Below are positions 51,497 to 63,601 of a DNA stretch of 64,000 nucleotides, piece after piece. A model generated the notes under the pieces. It worked only from the letters and a program-made list of their open reading frames with translations, ran no database searches and had not been told where the DNA came from. The stretch covers positions 294,252,001 through 294,316,000 of the forward strand of contig OZ024740.1 of NCBI GenBank assembly GCA_964016885.1, written 5' to 3'. Position 1 is the first letter of the stretch. Every line of letters begins with the position of its first letter. A program made the translations under genes and the position numbers. Origin of the DNA: Eledone cirrhosa. Taxonomy: Eukaryota.

Positions 51497-54400
51497 ACAT
51501 AGACATACCCGAAACACCACCACCAAAACCATCGCCACCACCTTCACCAAAACGAAAACAAATAAAACCACACCAACAAAATGTTAAAAACTTTGTGCTT
51601 GTCAGAAGGGCCAACGATAAACTGATGGTCCTCTTAGTGCGAAGCGAGGACATTCAAACAGAGTGGGAGATTTTTTAAATGAGCACATTTTGCGTGCCAG
51701 AAGATTTGCTTCTGGTCCGAATGTCACTCAATTCCTTCAAAGAAATTCGAGAGAGCTTTCCCTAAGACGTGGGAACCCCGAATGTGAAACCCACATCAAG
51801 ACTTTTAAAGGGGTTCCCAAAAGAAACCCCACCAACCATGGAGGTCGAACCACCCGACCTTCACAAGACCTGGGAGGTAAGTAAACCTTCCTTCTCTCTT
51901 TCTTAGCTTACCAATATGGCCATATTAAGAGTAGGAAGTTTAAATGTTCGCGGCCTGGGGTCACCCTGGAAGCAGGGTCGCCTGCTCAACGACCTCCGGT
52001 CGCTGGAAATGGATGTGATTGCCATAAGCGAGACACACACGTACTAGCCCCCATTTTCGACGACTATCAGATCTTCGCATCTGTTAGCAGGCCGGGAATG
52101 GGGGGTGGGGTGGCAGTGCTGTTTAGGAAAGGACTGGATCTCGAGGTAAGGTCGATCTTCCGGGACCCGGACGGTAAGTTGGTGGTCTTGGATGTGAGCA
52201 GTAGCGAAGGTGGTGCCTTTAGACTGGTGGCCGTCTACGCCCCTACAGGGGCCGGACGACCTGACTTCTTTAGGCGCCTGGAGACCTTTCTGGGTACGTC
52301 TCGCCCTTTACTGTTAGCGGGGGACTGGAATGGCATCTTAGACACACGCTGGGATTGTGTGGGAGTAGCCGATAGGAGCGGGGGGGTGCAAAAGCCTCAA
52401 GCACCTACTCAGCCAGTTCCAACTGTCTGACAGGTATCGACTAGATTTCCCCAATGTGCCAGTATGGACATGGACCAACCGAATGGGGTCATCTAGATCG
52501 TATATAGACAGGATCTTCATTAGGAAAATAGATAGAAATAGTGTGGGCTGTCCACTTTTTAAAACGGTCGCCTATTCAGATCACAAATTTGTGATCTGTA
52601 CGGTCGACCTAAATAAAACGCGTAGGTTAGGACCGGGTTACTGGAAGCTGAACATGTCATTTCCGGCACGTAAGGCTTACAGGGACCGAGTCAACAATTT
52701 AGTTAAGCAAAAGTTGACAGGGGTCATCATCAACAACAGATGGTGGGTGCCTCTCAAAAGAGAGATTAGAGTAACTTCGATAGAGTTCAGCAAAGACCTA
52801 GCGTTAGAGAAAAATAGAAAGGAGGGGGAGCTGGTCGATAAGTTAGACGAGGCTATTTGTAGTGGTATCGCAACTGACGTGCTAGCGGCGAGAATGGCAT
52901 TAGACCATTTCTTCAATGCCAAACACGAAGGTTGCATTGTCAGAGCTAAGGCGCGTGCGCTGAGAAACGAGGGAACTAAAGCTGTTCGATGGGCCCACGT
53001 GGCGGAGGCGCAGCGTGGTAATAAAACCACAATTCGGTCTTTGGCGGGCCGAGACGGACACGAGATAAGCGATTCCAAGCGGATGTGTGAGGCCTTTCGC
53101 CAGCACTTTGCTCGGTTGTTCAGGGAGAGTGGCGAGTCAGAGAGAGTAGCGGATTTCAGTCCCTACCTTGACAGCTTGCCGCGCATCTCGACGGTCAATG
53201 CTGAATGCTGCGAAAGGCCGATTACTTCAGCCGAAATTCAGGACGCCCTTGTCGGCTGCATGAGGGTCAAGTCACCTGGTTTGGATGGCCTGCCCTTCGA
53301 GCTTTACGTAAATATGCCAGACTTGTTCTCCGAACTCCTTGAAGCACTCTACTAGAACTGGCAGCAGAATGGGAGTATTCCCAGTTCTGTGAGCAGGGGA
53401 GTGGTGACGCTGATAAGGAAAGACGAGAACAAGAGAAAAAGAATTGGGACGAGGTAACGAGCAGAGTAGCCAGTCTCACCCAAAAATGGGCTGGGAGGAA
53501 GCTATCACTGAAAGGTCGCGCGGAGGTGGCGAATGCGTACATCGTGTCCGTCATCTACTACCGCCTGACCGTCGTGCATTGCCTTCGTCCGCGCCTCGTC
53601 AAGCTGGAACGGCTCCTCTTCAAATTCTTGTGGAGGGGACAAGTTCCGTTGGTGAGGCGGTCCATCTGCTGCCAGCACCCTCTACGCGGATGGCTGGGCA
53701 TGCCGTGGCTAATGATGTGCAGACATGCGTTGAGGCTGCGACATCTCCAGATATTCTGCCTCAACGGTGAACAGGTGTGGTCGCCGTTTATCAGACGGGC
53801 CTTTCCGCAGCTCATTTCTTTGACTGAGCTGCAGTCCTGGGTCAAGAAGAGGCCGAGACTGGGTGACTGGCACCTGGAATGTTGCCAGGCACTCACTGCC
53901 CTCTACCAAGCGGGCAATGCGATCAGTGGAACTTCCACTCTCGAGTTCTATAGAGGATTAGTGGTGGGCAAGTGCGATGACGCACTCGGAGAAGCTTTGG
54001 GCCTCGACAAAGTCGAACTGACCAGTCTGTACCGGAGGACTTTTGAGCTGGGGACGATGGACAATTTCCAGAAATCCCTCGCTTGGCAGTGCTACCAGGG
54101 GGCACTGCCAGTTCGGGATAAACTCTACAGGCACGGAAGTGCTGTCAGACGGACCTGCCCAAGATGCGCACAGAACGACGAAACCATTCTGCACGCACTT
54201 GTCCAATGTCCGTGCATTACTGACTTGTGGAGTTATGTCGAACAGCTGCTGTCGCATGTGGAACGAATCCAGTTATCAGCCGAGTCCATAGTGAAGATCG
54301 AGCTGCCACCTTCCTTAGGTCAGGAAGAGCAGGAAATTTTCCTCTGTCTGGTGGCAGTTGCGAAAGAGATTATATGGTGGACCAGGTTGAAAGGACTAAA

Positions 54401-54849
54401 GACAGACACTTTTCTCTTCGGCCAATCCCTCATCAACTTCTTCAAGTTTCACCTGGAAAGGAGGGTGAGGGTGAAGAGAGAAGTGCTGCCCCCCAGTACA
54501 TTTGCTAAAAGGTGGGTGAATGTGGCGAGAATGGCTTGTGTGAATGGGCCTACTCTGACCATGCGCCTATAGGCTAGCTAACTTGAGGAGAGGGGTGCTC
54601 TCCCTGGGTGCCCTAGAAGCGCAGGGTGGTTCAGGATTGGTGGGGTACCCGAATCACCCTAGGGTCGTCCACCCCCTATCGGGGAATTTATTTTGTTATA
54701 TTTATGCATAGTTTATTTTATATTTTTATATTTTCATTGTTAAATTAGTCTTGCCATTGTGCACTTTTACTCGACCTTATTGTAAACCCCCACTGTTCCT
54801 GTCTTTGTATTGTCCCCTACATGTCGGCCCTTGTGGTTAATAAATGAAA

Positions 54850-54887
<38 letters not shown>
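51497..54887 (+). mobile_element. Tx1/L1-like LINE: ORF1 end, ORF2 with RT core deleted near 53430, 3' UTR
   Basis: ATG 51916 MAILRVGSLNVRGL; SDHK, YWKLN, KSPGLDGLP; C-terminal CPRC....ETI.H....C; AATAAA plus (ATT)n. Confidence 0.9.
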
Positions 54888-55602
54888 GGTGGTGGTGTTG
54901 CTGTCATCAAAGCAATCCCCAACGTCCTTATTATTGATGCTCTTGTTGGTGTGGCAGAGGATTATAGACAAAAGATGCCCAAGCAGGACTGGCGACTTAT
55001 TCTACATGTAAATGAGAGACTGAACAATACTCCAAGCTAGAACATTAAAGAACTTTTCTCAGAGCCTACAAATTCCACCCAGCAAAAGGCAGATACATCT
55101 GCCATTAAACTAAGAAACAAGACTCAGTATCTCATAAGTTCACCCACATCACACCAAGATGGTAATACATTACCAGCAGTATATCAGCATACTTGCATAA
55201 CTACACATCATAATTGTATGAGCATCTGATGATGTCACATGGAGACTGTCAATGATATAATCCTTGAATAATCATGTCATTGAAATATATATTGTGCCAT
55301 AAAACAATTATGTAAAAGTAACCCTGTCTTAACAAGTTTAACAAGTTGAGAGGTCTACTTTATTGGGACATGACAAGAAGATTTAAAGCTCAATGTGTTA
55401 TTACAATCAACAATCACGTAGAACAAATAAATCCAAGGTATAATCCATAGGGTAAATTCCAATAATTGCATGTATGTAAGATAACAGCTAAATGATGAGT
55501 CTATCTGATGTAGTAGTGGTGGTAGTGGTGGTGTTGGCAGCTGTGGCAGTGGTAGTAGTAATTATTGTTGTTGTTGTTGTAGTAGTGGAGGTGTTGGTGT
55601 TG

Positions 55603-55650
<48 letters not shown>

Positions 55651-55927
55651 AGCCTTATAGCTGATAGTCATAGTCACCTAATCACTGATGTTCTTTGTGC
55701 TTAATTAAACAAATAATTACTAAATTAGATTATTTCTGAGTTCTTCAAAGAATGTTATTCTATGATGTGATGGTGACTTCCAGTGTTATTGGCCCCTAGA
55801 CCACATCCCTACTCACTGCTATCGGAGTGGAGTTGGCTACCAGCAAGTGTGAGCCCCACAAGGTGAAGTGGCTGTTCCTGTGCATCTCTCTCGTCTTCTC
55901 CATCCTATCAGCTGGGACCAGGAGATG

Positions 55928-56347
55928 GACTGACCCTTAAGTTTCATTTATGGTGGGGTGGCATATGCAATAGGTTTCCTTCCATAATTATGGTGTCTCC
56001 CTCACCCTCCTCCAGAAGTCAATGTCTTCGCCATACTATCGGCCCGGATCATGATGTAGTCTGACCCTTAAGCTTCATTTATGGTGTTGGCAAGTGGAAT
56101 AGATTTCCTTCCATAAGCATGGTGTCTTCCTCATCCTTTTCAGGAGTTAATGTCTTCGCCATTCTATCAGCCAGGACCATGAGGTGAACTGACCCTAAGT
56201 TTCATTTATGGTGTTGGCAAGTGGAATAGATTTCCTTCCATAAGCATGGTGCCTCCCTTGCCCTCCTCTAGGGACAATGTCTTCTCCAGGACCTCAAGGT
56301 GGACTGACTCTTAAGTTTCATTTATGGTAGGATTTAATTCCATAAGC
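55928..56347. repeat. Tandem repeat of about 114-131 bp, about 3.4 copies
   Basis: ctgacccttaagtttcatttatggtg recurs near 55930, 56061, 56189 and 56303. Confidence 0.85.
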
Positions 56348-57177
56348 ACGTGTAGGTTGAGATATATGAGACTGAGAAGAAAAGACAGTATATAGGTTTC
56401 CTATTAATGATGATGTTGTAATACAAATATTAATACTTATCATTCCTTTTGATTAATCAAGACAGTTCTTATGTGGTTCTACATGTAAGGAGATATTATT
56501 TTGATATTTTTTTTCCAAAGTTATATATTTTCACTGAATGGGAATGCATAGATTTTTAAAGAAATAGAAAGAAAGTGACATCCTGAACCAGTATCCTCCA
56601 TCTCCAGCTAACAGGATAAAGAATACATTGCTCCAGAGGATGGCAAGGGAGATGCACAAAAACAGCCACTCCACCTCATGGGGCTCGTTATAGAAAGTGC
56701 CAACTCTGCTCCAATAGTAAATATTTATAGAGCAAGGATTCGGAAGTGAGAAGTATTGAAATATGAGACTCTAGTCGTTCTATTAAAAAAACAAATATCT
56801 AAGTACTATCACAAGTTCCTTTACACAAACACTTACCAACTTACCAATACCCCCCCCCCCCACACACACACATACACATCTCTCTATATGTATGTGGGTG
56901 AGTAGATGTAAAGGAGAGTGGATGAGAATAACCACATTATGTAATGCTTTTTTAGTTACCCATATAAATTCACACGCACACACACATATCATTATCATTT
57001 TATACCCATTTATCCATGGTTGCATGAGTTAGAAATATATATATACAGTGATGATGACGATGATGATGATGATGATGATGACGATATATATCATCATCAT
57101 CATCATCATCATCACCATTTAACATCTATTTACCATGCTAGAATGACTTAGACGATATATAATAAATATATATATAT

Positions 57178-57208
<31 letters not shown>

Positions 57209-57544
57209 CATCATCATCATCATCATCACCGTTTTACGTCCGTTCTTCCACGCTAGCATGGGTTAGACAGGTTGTCCTGTTGTGGGCAGTGTCTGGTCGG
57301 CTGACCATGCCTTGCTCATACAGGAACTGATCTGGCTTGATTTCTACAGCTGGATGCCCTTCCTAACACCAACCTCATTTACAGTGAGTGCTGGGTGCTT
57401 TTTCGTGGCGCCTACACGTCCACTTTACAGTGTGGGCTGGGTGCTTTTTTGCCGTGGCACCTCCACGACCACCTTGCGGTGGGGGGAGTGGGGGCATATT
57501 GTTTATATGCTTCAGCATGTACCCATGGGAGGTCGGGTACCCTG

Positions 57545-57545
<1 letters not shown>
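57209..57545 (-). mobile_element. RTE family B 3' UTR copy
   Basis: Matches 34790-35110. Confidence 0.88.
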
Positions 57546-57582
<37 letters not shown>

Positions 57583-57808
57583 TATATAATATATATATAT
57601 AATATATATATATAATATATATATATAATATATATATATAATATATATATATAATATATATATATATATAATATATATATATATATAATATATATATTTA
57701 TAATATATATATAATATATATATATATATAATATATATATATATATATAATATATAATATATATATATAATATATAATATATATACATATATACACATAT
57801 ATATATAC

Positions 57809-58178
57809 ATTAGAAATTAGAAATTATAAGCTTTCACCGTATTTTAGACTAAAGAAATTTCTAGCCTGATAGTGGGGTTTATAACCCTCGGAGAAATGGA
57901 AAAAGATGAGTGTTGCCATACATGGGAGTCGAACCCACATCTTTGGTTATCCAGACCACTGTGCTACCATTACACCAATACACATCCCAATACACATCGG
58001 GATGTGTATTGGTGTAATGGTAGCACAGTGGTCTGGATAACCAAAGATGTGGGTTCGACTCCCATGTATGGCAACACTCATCTTTTTCCATTTCTCCGAG
58101 GGTTATAAACCCCACTATCAGGCTAGAAATTTCTTTAGTCTAAAATACGGTGAAAGCTTATAATTTCTAATTTCTAAT
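57809..58178. repeat. Perfect palindrome (180-bp arms) of a tRNA-like element
   Basis: 57809-57988 versus 57999-58178; A box TGGTGTAATGG and B box GGTTCGACTCC on each arm. Confidence 0.93.
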
Positions 58179-58257
58179 TTCAAACTCGCGCACCGTTTCA
58201 AAAACATACTTACATGTTTACGTTTATAATATATATACATATATATATATATATAAT

Positions 58258-58306
<49 letters not shown>

Positions 58307-58309
<3 letters not shown>

Positions 58310-58457
58310 TGGTTACACAACAGTTAGTTCACCATACTGAGAACAATTGTTTCACCTTAGCGGATCCTCAGCTCGTAAATCTGATTTACGAGCTGAGGAT
58401 CCGCTAAGGTGAAACAATTGTTCTCGGTATGGTGAACTAACTGTTGTGTAACCACTT
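58307..58457. ncRNA. Palindrome (75-bp arms) carrying two divergent minimal hammerheads (family J)
   Basis: cgag CUGAGGA u cc gcuaa gg u GAAA caauug UU cucg at 58389-58426, with its mirror at about 58338-58375; centre 58382. Confidence 0.78.
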
Positions 58458-58536
58458 CTACCTAACTCGTCCCATGGACTGAGTGCTCTACCACTATGGA
58501 TATTACCTTCCAGTGTTCTACCACTATATATATATA

Positions 58537-58862
58537 TCATCATCATCATCATTTTATGTCCGCTTTTCCCTGCTTGCAAGGGTTGGACGGGAATTGATTC
58601 TGGCTTGATTTCTACAGCTGGATGCCCTTCCTAACACCAACCTCATTTACAGTGAGTGCTGGATGCTTTTTTGCCGTGGCACCTACACGACCACTTTAGA
58701 GTGGAATGATAGGGACCCAAGTCCCTATCATCTCATTTCTACAGCTGAGTAAACTGGAGCAATATGAAATAAAGTGTCTTGCTCAAGGAAACAACACATC
58801 ACCCGGTCCAAGAATTGAACTCACAACCTTTCGATTGCAAGGCCAATGCTCTAACCATGTGC
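58537..58862 (-). mobile_element. SINE family S1
   Basis: Reverse complement of 62217-62552. Confidence 0.88.
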
Positions 58863-58900
58863 CATATTATATATATATATATATAATATATGTGTTTATA

Positions 58901-58939
<39 letters not shown>

Positions 58940-61900
58940 CTAGCAGTTTAGCCCGGCGTTGCTCGGGTTTGTTCATTTGCTATGAAAAGTTACATACAGG
59001 TAAACGTGGTTTGAAAGCGAATAAGCTTATCAATTAAGTGCATAAAGCAGTTGAACCGGTTATTAAAAGTTACGAACCAATTAGCATTTTGGTCAATCAA
59101 TGATGGGTTAATAATCTTCCAATAGCGAATTTAGTAGACCGGGAATTGTGATCGCCGGAAATCGAACGGGATATCTGACGCCGAGGGGAAAAGGTTCATC
59201 CTTGGAATGAAAACATACTCCCCTCTTCCGCACCCCGTTACAATGGTGGCCTCAATCAAGTGGGTATCAGTGACTTGACGACCATGCGAGTACCGTTGCA
59301 CTGCTTTGGTGGACGCAAGTTCCTTATTAGCATAATGGGACAGCCAACCCTAAGCTTAATAATGTGAGGTGGGAGCCCTAGGGGCTCAAGGAGATTTAAT
59401 AACTCAACCGGATAATTAACGATATCGTCAGGGTCTGATTTGAACATGTGCGCTTTACCGGGAATCTTCTCAATCAGCTGCTCATTAATTAAATTAACCA
59501 TGGTATTTTTCGGAGCAAGGATGGCTCTTTCGCTGAGCCAATCGAGCTTTTTAAAGTTAGATGAGACATTATGAAAAACTGCTTCCCAAAGGTCAGAAGG
59601 GCTGCTCACAATGTTGCACAGAGTGTCGATTGCTATGCCGCCCTTGTCATCCGCAGGGATCTTGCCCTCACCAAGTGCTAAAATGTTCTGTGCTGCAGAC
59701 ATGTTGTCACCATGCAAATGAGCACGCATATTTGTGCTCAGGTACAAACTATTCACCTGGAGCCACAACATGGACGACTTAAGACAGGCATGCACTTCAT
59801 CAGCTCTTGTCCATTTGGGGATGACAGGCAGCGTTTTCCGAAAATCCCCTGATAGCAGAAGGGTTACGCCACCCATAGGAGCCGTAGAATCCCTAATGTC
59901 TTTCCGAGCCTTGTCCAATGCCTCAAGGGCACCCTTGTGTTCCATTGTGCACTCATCCCAAACAATGAGGCAACATATTTTAAGAACTATAGCTTTGTGT
60001 GAACTCTTGCTGATATTGCATGTTGGTGTCTCAGTTTTTACTAAATCCAAAGGGAATTTAAAGGTTGAATGTGCTGTCCTGCCTCCTGGCAGCAAAGTAG
60101 CAGCGATCCCGGACGATGCAACGGACAACGCAATTTTTTTCTCCTGACGAATCTTAGCGAGAATCAAATTCGTTACAAAAGTTTTTCCGGTACCCCCAGG
60201 ATCGTTTTTTATTGGGGATCAGGTTTTTTTTTTTTTGACCTTGAGGTATAACCAGTCAGTAGTTCCTTCAAAGGCTCTGGCGGTTCCGTAAGAGGGGGCA
60301 AGGTCACCTTACCGTTTAAGCAGCACATTGCAGGTGGCTCCCCAGCCCACTTTGTTGCATTGCAGAATTGGCAATTGAAGCGCATCTTGCCTATATTTAT
60401 GTCAGAGCGCATCGAGTAATTAACGTTTTGCTCATACTTGAAAGCCCGTAGGTGCCAGTAAAGGCTGTTGGAGCTCGTCACACCGCGTGCAGCTTCTCGC
60501 CGTCGACTGTTACGCTTGAACGTAGAACATTGGTCGTGTGGTTGGTGGGAAGGTCTGGCAGCAATAGCAGAAGCAACATTTGCAATGCTAATGGACCGCC
60601 CGTCTGCATCTTCAGAAGCCATGGAAGTAGTCATAGCCGCAGCGTTCGTAGGAAGGCGAGCCGTCCGTTGTTTTAAACGTTCCAAAGACCTGGAAGCAGC
60701 ATTAGTCGCATCGTTTCTAGCCAGGCGCTTCGACCTTTGTTCACGGCTCTCTGAAGCCCTGGAAGAAGCCTGGTATGAAGCCATTTTGGCTAGGCGTGCG
60801 GTGCACTGTTGGAAACTTTCAGCGGCTCGACATTCTGCTGAACATAAGGCTGTCTGTGAAAGTCTTGAAGCATTTTCCTCAGAGGACTCGTTTGCTATAG
60901 TAGCCTTTTGCGCCACTGCTGACGCGGTATGTCGACTGAGGCGACTTCTCTTTTTAGGTGGTATTTTATGTCCAAAAGAAAGGGTGAAAGTTACGTCTGC
61001 AGAAAAATTGACTTTTAAAGTCTACTGTCTGTTTATGAATATTGTTAGTTGTTGTTGTGATACAAATGTTAGTAAGTAAATGGGTATCGAAAAATAAAGG
61101 GTGAAAGTTACTTCAACATAAAAATTGACTTTGAAAGTATAAGGCTGATAATTGAATGTAAAAAGATTGATAAGAAAGGCCCCCCAAAAAAATTTACAGG
61201 TATTTGTATGTATGTGTGTATTTTTATGTCGAAAAGAAAGGGTTAAAGTTACTTCTACAGAAAAATTTAGTTTAAAAGTGTAAGGCCGATGTGTGTGTAA
61301 ATTAAGTGACAGGTATTTGTATGTATGTGTGTATATGTATGTTTGTGTGTATATCTATGTATGTGTGTATATCTATGTATGTATGTATGTATGTATTAAA
61401 GGTTGAAAGTTACTTCAACATAAAAATTGACTTTGAAAGTATAAGGCTGATAATTGAATGTAAAAAGATTGATAAGAAAGGCCCCCAAAAAAACTTTACA
61501 GGTCTTTGTATGTATGTGTGTATTTTTATGTCGAAAATAAAGGGTTAAAGTTACTTATACAGAAAAATATAGTTTGAAAGTGTAAGGCCGATTGAAAAAC
61601 TTAGTTTAGTAAATGAAAGTCAGCTTCGAAATGGAGTTTGAACGCGCTAATACAAACACACACACACATATATCCGTCTTTTAGTGTGTCTGTTTGTTTC
61701 TCTTTCCCTCTTTATCATTATATAGATAATGATCCCTCTTTATCATAATATGCTATTGTTATTTCTAAAACAAACTGTGTATGCGTTGATTGATTGAAAT
61801 TCCCGCGTTCCTGTTTCTATGACGTCAATCGTAACCATACCAACATATATGTGTGTGTATGCACCCACATATATGTGTGTATATGTTTTTTTTCAATGTT

Positions 61901-62202
61901 TCTCTTTTTCACAAACATTTATAAGAGAAGGTAGCAATTTTAAGGGGAGGTGATGAAGGGAGTAGATATAGGAAACGTATATAATATGAGAGAGGAGAAA
62001 TCATCGATTGTTGAAATAAATCGATTTTTCCGTAATTGGGGCATTTTTTAGCCAATAAGTTCGCCCATGACCCAAGTTAGAATATTTGTAAACATTCTGC
62101 TTAATTATTCATTCAATATTTTTGGAATTGTGTAAATGTATAAAATTGAAACTGAAAATGTATAAAATTGAGACACAAAAATCTGCCTTTTATAGATAAT
62201 GA
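58940..62202 (-). mobile_element. Helitron, internally deleted (N-terminal zinc motif and Pif1 helicase present, Rep domain absent)
   Basis: Minus strand A|TC 5' end near 62202; 3' hairpin cccgagcaacgccggg followed by CTAG|T at 58940; CQFC...CCLNGKV; PGGTGKT, ASSGIAATLL.GGRTAHS.FK, WDE, GDFR, NGTR. Confidence 0.92.
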
Positions 62203-62216
62203 TATATATATATAGT

Positions 62217-62552
62217 GGAGGCACGTGGCTTAGTGGTTAGAGCATTGGCCTTGCAATCGAAAGGTTATGAGTTCAATTCTCAGACCGGGTGATGTGTTGT
62301 TTCCTTGAGCAAGACATTTTATTTCACATTGCTCCAGTTTACTCAGCTGTAGAAATGAGATGATAGGGACTGGGGTCCATATCATTCCACTGCAAAGTGG
62401 TTGTGGAGGTGCCACGGCAAATAAAACACCCAGCACTCACTGTAAATGAGGTTGGTGTTAGGAAGGGCATCCAGCTGTAGAAATCAAGCCAGAATCAGTT
62501 CCTGTCCCACCTTTGCAAGCAGGGAAAAGCGGACGTAAAATGATGATGATGA
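62217..62552 (+). mobile_element. SINE family S1, full length
   Basis: A box TGGCTTAGTGG, B box GAGTTCAATTC, conserved core, RTE-type tail plus (TGA)n. Confidence 0.9.
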
Positions 62553-62651
62553 TATATAAATCAGGATATATCATCACTGTTTAACGTCCATTTTTCCATG
62601 CTGGCATGGGTCAGATGGGTCACATGTATATATATATATATATATATATAT

Positions 62652-63348
62652 AAATTTTAGTACAGTACTAACGAAGCTTTAGTTTGCGGCCAAGCTAACG
62701 AATGCAAATTCGGTATGTAGTTTTAGCATTCAAATGGGAATAGTACCCCAGAGTAATAACAATACGTTTAGACAGCTTAGCATGTCAAATATAGCGATCG
62801 GCAGTCCAGCCGCATTACTACAGCAACGAAAATACAGGACTCAGGGAAAGATTTTAGACTGACCTGGACAGAACGCTGGGACAGAATGCACCAAATAATG
62901 CATATCGTATAGCTAACGATATGCCTCACATACAGCACACAACATCAGCACTAGGTTTCTGCAAATCCAAGATCGACAAATTCCGCTTGCAGGGGTCTGC
63001 AAGTTAATGGTTTTTGACGACAGAACAAAGGATTTACTTCTTCATCAAGTCTTGTGTCCTTTAGCCTCTGCGGGTATGTTCTAGCAATAAATTTCGTTAT
63101 AGACTCATGGCTTTCTCCAAAGGAGGTTACCCCCGCTTTGGCGGTGAATTCGAATTTGAGACAAAGGAATGAAATTCCTTTAGACAAACCGAATTAAGCA
63201 CTCAACCAGAAGTTATCAAACAAACAAACAATTAATCAATCAATAGAATCATCTAATTAAATTAATCAGTTAATCGTTAATTCTAGGAGTTAAAATACAA
63301 ATTTGAGTACAGCACTAATGAAGCTTTAGTTTGCGGCCAAGCTAACGA
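62652..63348. mobile_element. Unclassified 697-bp element with 50-bp terminal direct repeats, flanked by (TA)n
   Basis: 62652-62701 is repeated at 63299-63348 with 3 mismatches; period 647. Confidence 0.6.
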
Positions 63349-63601
63349 TATATATATATATATATATAATTGACTTGAATATTCTGATTCTGTTTAAACT
63401 TACTATAGTTCTGAAGAATTAACATTAAATACTTTATGTTATATTTATTTGTTAATTATTTTTTGCCTTTTTTTGTTTGTTTGTTTGTTTTATAAACTGT
63501 ATTTATATCAGTAGACGTTGTAAGTTGTTTGTTCTCTGCTGTTTATCAATATTGTTTTGTGAGATGTGAATAAATAGGTTAAAGACTTCATCTTACATAT
63601 C

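Noticed and set aside
55221-55260. CUGAUGA plus hairpin as a hammerhead
   Set aside because: GAAA and stems I and III are missing.
58002-58074. Functional tRNA-Ser(GGA) gene
   Set aside because: The acceptor stem barely pairs and there is no long variable arm; treated as a tRNA-derived element.
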